A DNA stretch of 63,518 bases from Candidatus Thorarchaeota archaeon (GCA_019057475.1 DXJO01000013.1:1-63518); one strand, 5' to 3'; counted from the first letter of the stretch, positions 1-10,012 are shown. The notes: generated by a model not told the origin, from the sequence alone. Numbers and translations: made by a program.

Positions 1-249
1 GTCGCCCCAGTAGACGTCAATGAACTCACCGTGCTTCTCGCAGGTCTTCTTGTACATGACCTTGCCGTCCTCTTCATAGAGGGTAGCATCTATCACATTT
101 ACTTCATCATGCTCCAAAAAGCACTCAGGGCAGATGGACTGCGTAGTGTACGGAAGCTCCTTTTCGGGATGTAGCTCAACATGGTATCTAGAAACATCCC
201 CATGAGTGAGCGGCTCTTCCGGAATTGGCTTTACTTCATCAGTTGCCAC
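1..249 (-). CDS. tes: Radical SAM protein, tetraether lipid synthase (Tes/MJ0619 family), N-terminal 83 aa, runs off the window
   Basis: Not in ORF track. GTG at 249 preceded by GGAG. Reads MATDEVK...LPYTTQSICPECF...IDATLYEEDGKVMYKKTCEKHGEFIDVYWGD, the CPEC...KTCxxHG N-terminal metal site of this family. The radical SAM core lies outside the window. Confidence 0.7.
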   Translation of the reverse strand, partial: MATDEVKPIPEEPLTHGDVSRYHVELHPEKELPYTTQSICPECFLEHDEVNVIDATLYEEDGKVMYKKTCEKHGEFIDVYWGD

Positions 250-362
250 GATTGTTCAGCTCCATAATAAGTTACCACCACTGAACAGGGTGGTATTACG
301 CGCAGAAACCTGAGTTTCTTGGATATAACCTTTATCCAATGGTTCAGAGTATGATGAGTGAA

Positions 363-689
363 TCATGCAGGGTGTTCTGAATCATCGAGCAATAGCACAT
401 AGCCGCGCTTAAAGCCACCCCGCGTCTGGTTCTTCTCCGCCCTCAGTTGATCAAGTTTTGCGCGACCAAGACCCCTTAGCTGAATCAGAGCATCGATGAC
501 TTCAAGGAGATCAACAATCTCCTCAGTTTCACCGGAAGAAAGAAGCTCCTCCGCCTCTTCAACAATCTTAGTTCGCATCAGCAGGTCCAGCTCGTCCTCT
601 AACGCGGTTCGTACTGTTGGTTGCGCACCCCTGGAGCGTATGATCTCAGGGATTCTATCACGCACTAGTTTCTCTCTCAATGAATACAC
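363..689 (-). CDS. MazG-like / all-alpha nucleoside triphosphate pyrophosphohydrolase
   Basis: KLVRDRIPEII and KIVEEAEE...EEIVDLLEV...EK...RGGF motifs. Confidence 0.85.
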   Translation of the reverse strand: MYSLREKLVRDRIPEIIRSRGAQPTVRTALEDELDLLMRTKIVEEAEELLSSGETEEIVDLLEVIDALIQLRGLGRAKLDQLRAEKNQTRGGFKRGYVLLLDDSEHPA

Positions 690-705
690 CAGCAGGACTA
701 TCGGG

Positions 706-1377
706 TCACCTCAACGCAAGAGATACCTCAATCTGAGGTTTTGCTTCTGTGACAAAGGCATCAACAGCAGACTTCACATCTTCGGGGAAGTCCGAAGTCC
801 AAGGCTCATCCGCGCCCCGAGAAATCGACTCAGTCATCGAACCAAAGGGTAGGTATCGCGGTGTCAATGATTCATCGAATGAAATACTCCCAATCCACTG
901 TCCTTGGTTCACCATTTCATAGACTGGCTGGAATTTCTTCATCTCTGCGGGAAGGATGGCACTCCAATAAAATGACATTCCATTGAACTGTCCCAGCTTG
1001 CCGAGTGGAACGAGATAGCTGTCCAGGGTCGCCTTCGCAAAAACGAGATTGTATAGAATCCCAACGTTGCAGTTAAGACAAGCATTGAACTCTAAGCCAT
1101 CGCCACTTGACTGAACATATGCAATACCATTCTTCTCAATGTTATCATCATTGCAGTGAACGCATTGGCTCATTCCCCATCGTACTTCTACGTGGCTCTC
1201 AAATGGGCCCGTTAGGAATCTGTTCTTGGCACCCTCAAAGGCTGCCTTTACAGCCTCGGCGCCCTCGGAGTCCATCTTTGGTCTTATGGCACGCCAGACT
1301 TCAAGCAAATCCTGCCACGATGTATTGTATATCATATCTGCGAGTTTATCCAAGGTTCTGTCTTCCAGAGCACTCAT
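706..1377 (-). CDS. Hypothetical protein with CxxC...CxxC pair (possible Zn ribbon)
   Basis: 223-aa ORF filling the interval; CVHC and CLNC. Confidence 0.65.
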   Translation of the reverse strand: MSALEDRTLDKLADMIYNTSWQDLLEVWRAIRPKMDSEGAEAVKAAFEGAKNRFLTGPFESHVEVRWGMSQCVHCNDDNIEKNGIAYVQSSGDGLEFNACLNCNVGILYNLVFAKATLDSYLVPLGKLGQFNGMSFYWSAILPAEMKKFQPVYEMVNQGQWIGSISFDESLTPRYLPFGSMTESISRGADEPWTSDFPEDVKSAVDAFVTEAKPQIEVSLALR

Positions 1378-1694
1378 CGAGTATCACCACAATTTGGGCA
1401 CTAGTCCCCATCTATCTGACTGAGAAAATCATCTAGCAATTAAGTGTTGGTCGGGTCGCTCCTCAAATCAGGTGTATCAAAGGTCAACATGTGTTAGCCT
1501 AACATTTTTATTAGCGTGAAAATATCTCTAACAAACAGCCCTAGAAGGTGAATTGCAGGATGGATTGTCAAATTAACTAGCGTCGCTTCTCCAAGACGAT
1601 TAGCTATATCCGGTTCATCCTTGCCTTCGTCCCGATTCAACGGGTGTCTTTTGCACTCATTGCTCAGGTCACATCAATTAGAGAGGTGTTCAGT

Positions 1695-4600
1695 TTGAGT
1701 TCATTACCCAAGCGCTATGATCCTTTAGCCGTAGAGAAGGAAGTATTAGAGTTCTGGAACACCAACCAGATCTATGAGAAGACCGTTGACTTGAGGAAGT
1801 CAGGTCCGGCTTGGAACTTCCTTGAGGGACCTCCCACGACAAACGGCTTCATGCATGTTGGTCACGCGAGAGGCCGAGCTATGAAGGATGCTGAAATCAG
1901 ATACCAGACCATGAAGGGATACAACGTCTGGCGGCGTGGCGGATGGGACATGCAAGGGCTCCCGGTGGAGCTGGAAGTAGAAAGGAAGGAAGGAATAGCG
2001 GAGAAGGGCCATATCGAATCGAGCATGGGGATGGACCAGTTCGTCCAGAAGTGTAAGGAGCTTACTGATTTCTACCTTGATCGTTGGGTCAATGACTCGA
2101 TAAGACTTGGTCTCTGGTTGGACTACCCAAACGCATACCAGACGCGCAGGGATGACTACATAGAACATGTCTGGTACTTCTTGAAATTCGCGAATGAGAA
2201 AGGACTCCTTGGGAGAGGGTATCGTGTAAACCCAACATGCCCAAGGTGTAACACTGCCCTCTCAGGACATGAGGTTTCCCAGGGATACATGACGAAAGTA
2301 GACCCATCAGTCTACGTGAAGTTCAAACTGCAGGATAAAGAGAATGAATACTTGGTAATATGGACAACAACTCCATTCACGTTGATATCAAACGAGATGG
2401 TGTCTGTCCATCCCAAATACAGGTACGTCAAGGTGAAGGTTGGGAATGAACTATGGTGGCTAGCAGAGGACCGTGTAGACATTGTTATGGGGAAGATCGG
2501 TGTCAAAGACTTCCAGGTTGCTGATGATCTCATTGGTAAGAATATGCTCGGTTGGAAGTACGTTCACCCGTTCAAGGACGAGGTTCCTTGGCATCAAGAA
2601 CACAATGAAGAATACATGCACGCCATCGTAACAGGCAAGCATGTTACCGTGGATGATGGAACGGGCCTTGTTCATACAGCACCAGGCTTTGGACCTGATG
2701 ACTTTGTGGTAGCCCGGGAATTTGGTGTCCCTGTTCTTGCGCCAGTCACAACCGATGGGAAGTTCACGGATGAGGTTCCAATGTTCAAGGGCAGGTATGT
2801 ATTTGACACGAACGAAGACATTCCTCGGTTACTTAAGGAAAAGGGGCTTCTCGTTTATGAAGAAGAAATCGAACACGAGTATCCGCATTGTTGGAGATGC
2901 GATACCCCGCTCATATACTTGGCAGACAGCACTCAATGGTTCCTCAAGATGACCGGAGTTCGTGACAGACTCGTTGAGCAGAACAAGGCAGTTGATTGGA
3001 TTCCGGAATGGGCTGGTACGGGGCGCTTTGGTGATTGGTTAGCGAATGCAGATGACTGGTGCATATCGCGCTCTAGAATCTGGGGTTCACCACTTCCTGT
3101 GTGGGTCTGCGATGACTGCAATGCGGAAGTTGTTGTTGGCTCTAGAAAGGAACTCAAGGAGCTGGCCATCGAGTTCCCTGATGAGTTCGAGATGCACAGG
3201 CCTTGGGTTGACCGAGTTGTTCTAGAGTGTAAGAAGTGTGGCGGGAGAATGCACAGGGAACCTTTCGTCACTGACTGCTGGCTGGATTCCGGTCTCGCTC
3301 ATACTGCTAGTGTGGATTACCTTAGGGACCCCAGTCTGTTCGAGAGTTTATTCCCCTACGACTTCATCACTGAAGCTGTCGATCAGTCCCGTGGGTGGTT
3401 CTATAGTCTGCTCTATACTTCGGTAGTCCTGCACAACACTGCTTCATTCAAGGTGTGTGTGAGTCAAGAACATGTTCTCGACGATGATGGACAAAAGATG
3501 AGCAAATCGAAGGGAAATGTTGTGTGGGCTAAGGATGCATTTGAAACCGTGGGCGCAGACCCGTTTAGGGTCTTTGTTCTTACACGGTCCGCGTCATGGT
3601 CTCGGATGAATTATGATCAGAAAGAGATTAATTTGGTCCGGAGAAATCTTGACATCCTCTGGAACGTCACGCTCTTTGCTGAAACATACATGGGGCTCGA
3701 CAAGTTTCAGTTTGACCCGAAGAGATTGAAGAAGAGCTACAAGAAAGCAGAGCTTGAGGATAAGTGGCTGCTTTCAAAGGTTCAGAGTATCATTGGCGAA
3801 TTCCATCAACACATGGAGAAGCATCTGTGGCATCAAGCAGGCCGCGTCCTACTAGACTTCATCTCTGATGATTTGAGCAGAGTCTATCTGCCGATAGTGA
3901 AGAAGCGAGTCTGGCTGGATAGCGAAGACCCCAAGAAGGTCATGGCCTATGATGTCATGTACTATGTTCTTCAAACCATGCTGAGATGCTTGAATGGGTT
4001 CACGCCATTCCTAGCTGAGAAGCTTCACAGGGACTTCTTAATGCGATTCCAAAAGAGCCTCCCTGAATCAATCAACATGACCGACATGCCTGAAGTGGAG
4101 AAGGCCTTCCTTGATATGAAGACGGAGAGTGCTTTCGATGTTCTACAAGAACTGAGATCGTCTTCAAGTCACGCTCGAAACAAGAAGGGCGTGAAACTAC
4201 GGCATCCTGTGGCTAAGATCACACTGATAGCGGCCTCGAAAGAAGTCGTTGAGAGTGCTAAGAGCCTCAAGTCACTGTTACTGGATGATCTCAACACAAC
4301 AGATTTCGAGGTTTTTGAAACTGATGTCATGGAAGGCTTCCTGCATCTCTCGATAAAGCCAGACTACAAAATCATGGGACCCAAGTTCAAGGACAAGATG
4401 AAGGACCTTGTGGATGCACTTCAGGAAACAGACGCAACCAAACTGAGGGACGATCTTGAGAAACATGGAACAGCAGTAGTTGAGGTCAGTGGTAAGAAGC
4501 TAAAGCTTGAACAAGGAGATGTGCACTTTGAGGAAACATTGCCAGAACACCTCAGTCATGCTGATAGCAGAGTTGGCCGAGTCTATGTTGATATCACTCG

Positions 4601-4895
4601 TACTCGCGAACTTGAGGCCATGGGCCTTGTTAGGGACGTTACCCGCAGAGTACAAGTCATGAGAAAGGAGATAGACTTGAGCGTTGACCAGAGCATAGAT
4701 GTGCTAATCCGATTCTCCGACCCCGAATCAGTAGAACTGGCTGAAATGCATAAGGACTACTTGACCACAGAAATCCGGGCTGACTCTCTAGAGCTAGTAG
4801 GTCCGAAATCAAAGCCTAAGTGGTCCAAGTATAGCTACGCTAAGGAGTGGGAGATAGACGACCTTACGATCAAGGTCGGTATGAATCCCAGGTAA
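1695..4895 (+). CDS. ileS: Isoleucine--tRNA ligase
   Basis: GPPTTNG-HVGH (HIGH), GWDMQGLP, WTTTPFTL, GTGLVHTAPG, WCISRSR, KMSKS. Start placed at TTG 1695 behind GAGGTG (track gives 1644). Confidence 0.97.
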   Translation: MSSLPKRYDPLAVEKEVLEFWNTNQIYEKTVDLRKSGPAWNFLEGPPTTNGFMHVGHARGRAMKDAEIRYQTMKGYNVWRRGGWDMQGLPVELEVERKEGIAEKGHIESSMGMDQFVQKCKELTDFYLDRWVNDSIRLGLWLDYPNAYQTRRDDYIEHVWYFLKFANEKGLLGRGYRVNPTCPRCNTALSGHEVSQGYMTKVDPSVYVKFKLQDKENEYLVIWTTTPFTLISNEMVSVHPKYRYVKVKVGNELWWLAEDRVDIVMGKIGVKDFQVADDLIGKNMLGWKYVHPFKDEVPWHQEHNEEYMHAIVTGKHVTVDDGTGLVHTAPGFGPDDFVVAREFGVPVLAPVTTDGKFTDEVPMFKGRYVFDTNEDIPRLLKEKGLLVYEEEIEHEYPHCWRCDTPLIYLADSTQWFLKMTGVRDRLVEQNKAVDWIPEWAGTGRFGDWLANADDWCISRSRIWGSPLPVWVCDDCNAEVVVGSRKELKELAIEFPDEFEMHRPWVDRVVLECKKCGGRMHREPFVTDCWLDSGLAHTASVDYLRDPSLFESLFPYDFITEAVDQSRGWFYSLLYTSVVLHNTASFKVCVSQEHVLDDDGQKMSKSKGNVVWAKDAFETVGADPFRVFVLTRSASWSRMNYDQKEINLVRRNLDILWNVTLFAETYMGLDKFQFDPKRLKKSYKKAELEDKWLLSKVQSIIGEFHQHMEKHLWHQAGRVLLDFISDDLSRVYLPIVKKRVWLDSEDPKKVMAYDVMYYVLQTMLRCLNGFTPFLAEKLHRDFLMRFQKSLPESINMTDMPEVEKAFLDMKTESAFDVLQELRSSSSHARNKKGVKLRHPVAKITLIAASKEVVESAKSLKSLLLDDLNTTDFEVFETDVMEGFLHLSIKPDYKIMGPKFKDKMKDLVDALQETDATKLRDDLEKHGTAVVEVSGKKLKLEQGDVHFEETLPEHLSHADSRVGRVYVDITRTRELEAMGLVRDVTRRVQVMRKEIDLSVDQSIDVLIRFSDPESVELAEMHKDYLTTEIRADSLELVGPKSKPKWSKYSYAKEWEIDDLTIKVGMNPR

Positions 4896-4899
4896 TCGG

Positions 4900-6231
4900 T
4901 CACACAGGGCTTTTGTCCCTGCTTAAAACCTCAAGCAATGTGTGGAAGAACGCTGTATTCTGCTCAAGAGATGCTAGGGATACCCACTCATTAGGCCCAT
5001 GAAGGTTATCACCTTCAGGCCCGAAGTCAAAGAGGTCTGCCCCCTGACCCGCGAAGTAGCGTGAATCAGAAGCTCCCGATCCTTCAACCAATCGGGGAGG
5101 AATCCCTTCCTTCTGCAGCGCCCACACCACGGTTCGAATCAATAAGGAGTCGGAATTCGAGTCTATGTATCCTGGACCTGCTTTTGATTGAAGAGAAAAC
5201 AGCTCAACCTTGCCAGCAAGAGCAGTTTCGAGTGCCTGTTGCACAGCCTTACCATCGTTCGTCATGGCTCGGATGTCACAGTAGAGAGTCCACAGGTCTC
5301 GGTCAAGTGAAAGGAGGTTGGGATTAATGATTGTGCCTTTGTCGGATGGCATGGTCGGAAACGGAACTTGGGAGATAGTCAACAGGGACCTCAACAGGTC
5401 AGTCAGAGCCGCATCATATTGGGTTTTCACCCCAGATTCATCGGAATGAACAAGGTCCATCTCTACCCAGTCCGGGATAACATTCGACTTCAGAAATGCA
5501 CCTCTGATATCCGATACTACTGTGTCAGGGTGCAAATCAAGGTACTTTGAGGCTGTAAGCATGGCATGGCGGTCAACACCAGGTCGAAGGTACGCAGAAT
5601 GACGAGTTTCTGAACCAAATACTTCTGTCGTAAAACGTAACGTTTCTTTCTTGCCGCGAGTTTCTGAAGTCATTCTCTTCACTTTGATGTGCGTTGGGAC
5701 TGTATTCCTGCGACGGTGGATGACCTGCTGATGAATGCCATCCGCGATAACGATGTAGTCAGGGAACAGTCCTTGCTTAATCAGATAGTTCCGAAGGAAA
5801 AGCGCTCCATTGACACCGCCTATCTCTTCATCCCCGGTTGTAGCCATCATCACGCTGCAAGGCAGGTCCGATTCGGCTAGCTTCTCAGCCAAGAGCAACA
5901 TCGAGACAATGTTGCCTTTGTCATCACAGGTTCCACGACCGTATGCTCGATCCCCCTTCACCTTTAGCTTGAACGGGTCTGAATCCCAAGCATCTCCGAC
6001 AGGAACGACATCATGATGCGCGAGGAATAGTATCTTGGACTTGCCCTGACCCCGTCGCGCAAAAGATGTGTAGAAACCGTTGGATTCAATCAGTTCGCTG
6101 ATGAAGCCAAACTCCTCCAGTTTGGACCCGATGTACCTCGGGCATTCGGAGGATGCTTTCTTGTCTTTGCCATCATTCACCGTATTGAAGGATACAAGCT
6201 TTTCAAGCTCTCTAACTGCACTCAGAGTCAT
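4900..6231 (-). CDS. M20 family metallopeptidase / deacylase (ArgE/DapE-like)
   Basis: HHDVVP, GRGTCDDKG, GDEEIGG, GASDSRY, HGPNE. Confidence 0.9.
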   Translation of the reverse strand: MTLSAVRELEKLVSFNTVNDGKDKKASSECPRYIGSKLEEFGFISELIESNGFYTSFARRGQGKSKILFLAHHDVVPVGDAWDSDPFKLKVKGDRAYGRGTCDDKGNIVSMLLLAEKLAESDLPCSVMMATTGDEEIGGVNGALFLRNYLIKQGLFPDYIVIADGIHQQVIHRRRNTVPTHIKVKRMTSETRGKKETLRFTTEVFGSETRHSAYLRPGVDRHAMLTASKYLDLHPDTVVSDIRGAFLKSNVIPDWVEMDLVHSDESGVKTQYDAALTDLLRSLLTISQVPFPTMPSDKGTIINPNLLSLDRDLWTLYCDIRAMTNDGKAVQQALETALAGKVELFSLQSKAGPGYIDSNSDSLLIRTVVWALQKEGIPPRLVEGSGASDSRYFAGQGADLFDFGPEGDNLHGPNEWVSLASLEQNTAFFHTLLEVLSRDKSPV

Positions 6232-6392
6232 TGTGGCTCAGATAGCAGTAATTAGCTGGTGGTCAAAAAGGTATCCTCTGATTATCGAGTAATGCATCAT
6301 GCCTGCGGCAGCCACGCGGGGTTTGATTGAGAAGAAAGAAAACAGATAGAGCGACGCAGTTGAAACGGCGCTCCATCTTTGCATGTGAATGA

Positions 6393-8606
6393 CTATGTTC
6401 TCTTGTAGAGGTACCTGCTCCACGAACTTAAGTCCGGCATCTGCACTGGCATCTTCTTCCGCTCGCGGATTTCAAGGATCAGATCTTCCTGCATGCCTAT
6501 CGGAACAGGTTCGAACCCACTAAACACGTAGCCGAAGAAGCTTCTCCCTGCAGACGCACTTCTGAATTCATCAGCAATATCGATGGTTTCCGCGGTGGGG
6601 AGGGTGCCCTTGATAACGACTGTGTCTTCCTCCGCTTCTATTGTTACTATCTGACCTCTGTGTCCGGTTAACACCTTGATGACAGCTCCCTGAGTATCCG
6701 GGGGGGTCTTGATGTCCGTGTTAAGCACTGGTTCGAAAAGAAGAGGCTTTCCTGTCAGGAAGGCCATGTTCAGGCCAGAGCTTGTCATTGTTGCTACTTC
6801 GTTGTACCCAGTATGAGCGGGGTCATTGTGAACCGTAGTGTCTGTCAACACGACCTTCACACCCATCACAGGTTCCCGGGCTATGGGACCGCCTTCGACA
6901 AACTCCCTGAAAGTTGTCTGCAGGTATGAGAATATTCTATCAAATCTCTGAACTCCACTCATAGCGTCTACAAGCATGCAATTTCCGTAGATGTCCAGAA
7001 TCTTTCTTGCCTTTTTGGCATCCCATCCGGCTTCATCTCTGAGGATAGCAGCCCGTTCCTTATTGTTCTGTTCTGCAGTGATCTGTTTCTTCCGGATTAG
7101 CTTGAGCGTTTTTTCGTCGAGGGGCTCCAAAAACATCTTCAGTCGATTATGACCATTCGGGGACTTGGTATGGAACTCCGCGCTCCTTTGGGTCATCTTC
7201 TCACGATAGACAATGATGGGGTCAGATACATGGATCTTGACCTGCTCGTTGATACGCTTGGTCAGAATCTCAATCTGCAGTGGATCGATTCCGTCCAGGC
7301 GATACTCACCTGACTCCTTGTCATGGAAGAACCGTGCCGTGGGATCTGCCATTATCCACTTGGACACAACATCGCCAAGTTTCGCGACGTCCTGCGGATC
7401 TTTCGGCTTGATGCTTCTACTCACGACTGGCTCAGCGACGTACTCGATGGCCTCAAAGGGCTTCATGTCAACGTCAGTACCGACAAATGACTCACCTGAG
7501 GGGCACATGAACCCAAAGACAGAGAACAGATTCCCGGCAGGAACCTCATTCATGTCAAGTATGTCAGTGATTTCCTGAACCCCAAGACGCTTCACCTTGG
7601 CATTCTGCCTCATGTTAACGAGTCGAATCTCCTGTCCAGACTTTATTGTTCCTGAGAATACGCGTCCAATGAGGGTTGGTCTCTTGCTCTTGGGATCGAC
7701 AAATATCTTGGTAATCATACCCATGAGTGGGCCGTTTCGGTCACACTCAAGCAGCGCCTTTCCTTCGGGAGAGTCTAAATCGCCTTTCCAGATTCGTGGA
7801 ATCTTGTACTTTTGCGCCTCCTTTGGATTAGGCAAGTGCTCTACAATCATCTCGAGCATGGCATCGTCAAGGGCTAGATTCTCTCTTAGCCACACTTCGT
7901 CACCCTCATTGTACTTCTCGAATACAATCAACGGCTCGATACTCTTCTTCTTCAAAGTCTTCATCGTGAAGGCCCAACCGGTCTTTGCGCTGCCAATCGC
8001 AACACTTCCATCTTGGAAGCTCACACGCCAGTCCTTTGCATACTCTGGCGGTGCAACCTTCCTGATGAGTGCGTTGACCTTCTCAATAATGATGTCAATG
8101 CGCTCGTACACTTTCTTTGGAGGCAGCTTGAGCTCGTTGATCAAGCGATCGACCTTGTTGATGAATAACACTGGTTTGCAGGCTTCTCCACCCACCGCCA
8201 GACGGATGTTTGTTTCTGTTTGAGTCATAACCCCCTCTAATGCATCTACTAGAAGCACCACCCCATCGCTGGCACGCAGTGCTCTTGACACTTCACCTGT
8301 GAAAGAGATGTGTCCGGGAGTGTCTGAAAGCTGCACCAAGTACTCCTCACCATCGACCTCGAAGTTCAGAAGCACCACTGAGGTGAATATTGTAATACCA
8401 CGCTCCTGTTCCTCTTCGTCGCTGTCAGTCATGAGAGCCTGACCTGCAGCAGCATCACTCATCAATCCTGCACGGCGCATCAGATAGTCCGTGGTAGTGG
8501 TCTTTCCGTGATCAATATGTGCACTAATGCTAATGATCCTCTTGTGCTCGAAGTCGTCTGACATTATGAGCCGCTTAATTGCGTCTGGCTCCTTAATCTT
8601 GACCAA
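6393..8606 (-). CDS. Elongation factor 2 family GTPase, probably the Asgard EF-2 paralog (aEF-2p)
   Basis: AHIDHGKTT, RGITI, DTPGH, NKVD, KSPNGHNR. Stand-alone, not beside rps7/rps12; diphthamide loop reads HNDPAHTG. Likely TTG start at 8606 after GGGTGA (track 8642). Confidence 0.85.
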   Translation of the reverse strand: MVKIKEPDAIKRLIMSDDFEHKRIISISAHIDHGKTTTTDYLMRRAGLMSDAAAGQALMTDSDEEEQERGITIFTSVVLLNFEVDGEEYLVQLSDTPGHISFTGEVSRALRASDGVVLLVDALEGVMTQTETNIRLAVGGEACKPVLFINKVDRLINELKLPPKKVYERIDIIIEKVNALIRKVAPPEYAKDWRVSFQDGSVAIGSAKTGWAFTMKTLKKKSIEPLIVFEKYNEGDEVWLRENLALDDAMLEMIVEHLPNPKEAQKYKIPRIWKGDLDSPEGKALLECDRNGPLMGMITKIFVDPKSKRPTLIGRVFSGTIKSGQEIRLVNMRQNAKVKRLGVQEITDILDMNEVPAGNLFSVFGFMCPSGESFVGTDVDMKPFEAIEYVAEPVVSRSIKPKDPQDVAKLGDVVSKWIMADPTARFFHDKESGEYRLDGIDPLQIEILTKRINEQVKIHVSDPIIVYREKMTQRSAEFHTKSPNGHNRLKMFLEPLDEKTLKLIRKKQITAEQNNKERAAILRDEAGWDAKKARKILDIYGNCMLVDAMSGVQRFDRIFSYLQTTFREFVEGGPIAREPVMGVKVVLTDTTVHNDPAHTGYNEVATMTSSGLNMAFLTGKPLLFEPVLNTDIKTPPDTQGAVIKVLTGHRGQIVTIEAEEDTVVIKGTLPTAETIDIADEFRSASAGRSFFGYVFSGFEPVPIGMQEDLILEIRERKKMPVQMPDLSSWSRYLYKRT

Positions 8607-8757
8607 TTGTTTCACCCTATTGTGCTGATAGCCTATCCCCAACCCGTTAGTTCAAGGCGATAGAAGGTCGGGGTCACCGACAACCTCGTCGGCGGCTTGC
8701 GCGACCTGCTTTGGCGAGTCTTAAAAGATTTGCGTCAAGGCAGTCTAGGTCCTGCCT

Positions 8758-9546
8758 CTATTTCGTGGCCAGAACGACCATCCGTTCAGATGTGGCTGAG
8801 TAAGGCATTCTTGGAAGCTTGTTCTGCCCATAAAACTCCACATTGCCAAAGCCCACGTCATTGAGCATACTGTGAATCTCAAGGGCTGTGTACATTCTGA
8901 TGTCGTTATTTGATAGGGCATCCTGATTCATGAGGATGATGTGCCCCTTTTCTACATCGATGAACTTGGCGGGTCGACCCTTAAGAACACCTGCTGATGC
9001 ATCGAGAACATGCGGCTCACTCAAGAGATATCCGCCTTCAAGAGATGCCCAAGTCTTCTGGAATCGTGGGAGTTGGTACGGATTCATCAAATCGAGAAGC
9101 ATCTTTCCACCTTTGGCCAGTGCGCTATGAGTTCTCTCCAATACCGTTATGTTCTCTTCATGGTTGAAGAAACCGAAGCTATGACTCAGTAGCACCGCTC
9201 CTTGGAATCGATTGGAGAAATCCATCTTACGCATATCCCCAATGAGAAAATTCACTTCGACTCCTTCCTCCTTCGCGCGCTCCTTTGCCACCTCTATCAG
9301 TCGCTTGGAGATATCAAAGCCAGTCACCTTCAGTTCGCGTTTTGCAAACTCGATGCAATGATCCCCAGCTCCACAAGCTATGTCAAGGATTTCCTTCCCG
9401 GGCTCGAGAGCCAGGCTTTCAATGCAGAAGTCTACGACCATCTTGTCATACTGCTGTATGCCAGGAATTGAAAGGCGATGCTTGACTCTGAATGTTTCAG
9501 CCCAATAATCATCCCAGCCACTCTCGATTCGATCCATAGCACTCAC
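8758..9546 (-). CDS. Class I SAM-dependent methyltransferase
   Basis: ILDIACGAGDH, VTGFDIS, GDMR, SFGFF. Confidence 0.9.
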   Translation of the reverse strand: MSAMDRIESGWDDYWAETFRVKHRLSIPGIQQYDKMVVDFCIESLALEPGKEILDIACGAGDHCIEFAKRELKVTGFDISKRLIEVAKERAKEEGVEVNFLIGDMRKMDFSNRFQGAVLLSHSFGFFNHEENITVLERTHSALAKGGKMLLDLMNPYQLPRFQKTWASLEGGYLLSEPHVLDASAGVLKGRPAKFIDVEKGHIILMNQDALSNNDIRMYTALEIHSMLNDVGFGNVEFYGQNKLPRMPYSATSERMVVLATK

Positions 9547-9661
9547 TTCCGATTACACAGCTTGGCTAGAGATTGATATGAAGCTTGTCATAAGTAGTGG
9601 TTCCTCGCAGCAAATAGATTACTGAGAATGTTTCAGATGTGAAACAGCTCGTAGAAAGAGT

Positions 9662-9759
9662 GGAGAAGACCCGCTTCCTGTTGATCTCCGCCGGGAGGGA
9701 CGTAGACTCAAGAAACAGGAACGCTACATGAATAGCATGCCTGCGGGCCTTGTGTCTCC
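9662..9759 (-). ncRNA. Candidate ~98-nt structured RNA of unknown class (three-way junction)
   Basis: TTTATA 24-29 nt upstream; ends pair (GGAG/CTCC, AAGGCCCGC/GCGGGTCTT); arms GCATG/CATGT and TTCCTGTT/AACAGGAA; pyrimidine tract follows. Confidence 0.5.
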
Positions 9760-9936
9760 AATGAAAATCACGAATCTTTGCCTATAAATGTTATCTTTTG
9801 TGTAAAAAAGCGAGGTCCTGTGCAAAAATCGAAAGGATTCGATATTGATGGAATCCGTGCCGTGGAAGGCTTGTACAGGCTCCATTAACCGCTTGCTCAC
9901 CCTGAAATGGTGTTGAAACAACTTCAAAGAAGAAGA

Positions 9937-10012
9937 TGGTAGCCCCGCCAGGACTCGAACCTGGGTCAGAAGGACCAGAACCTCCTGTGCTTGACCGCTA
10001 CACTACGGGGCT
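9937..10012 (-). tRNA. tRNA-Gln(CTG), intronless, CCA encoded
   Basis: AGCCCCG-TA-GTGTAGCGGTCAAGCAC-A-GGAGG-TTCTGGT-CCTTC-TGAC-CCAGG-TTCGAGT-CCTGG-CGGGGCT-A-CCA; A1-U72 typical of archaeal tRNA-Gln. Confidence 0.97.
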
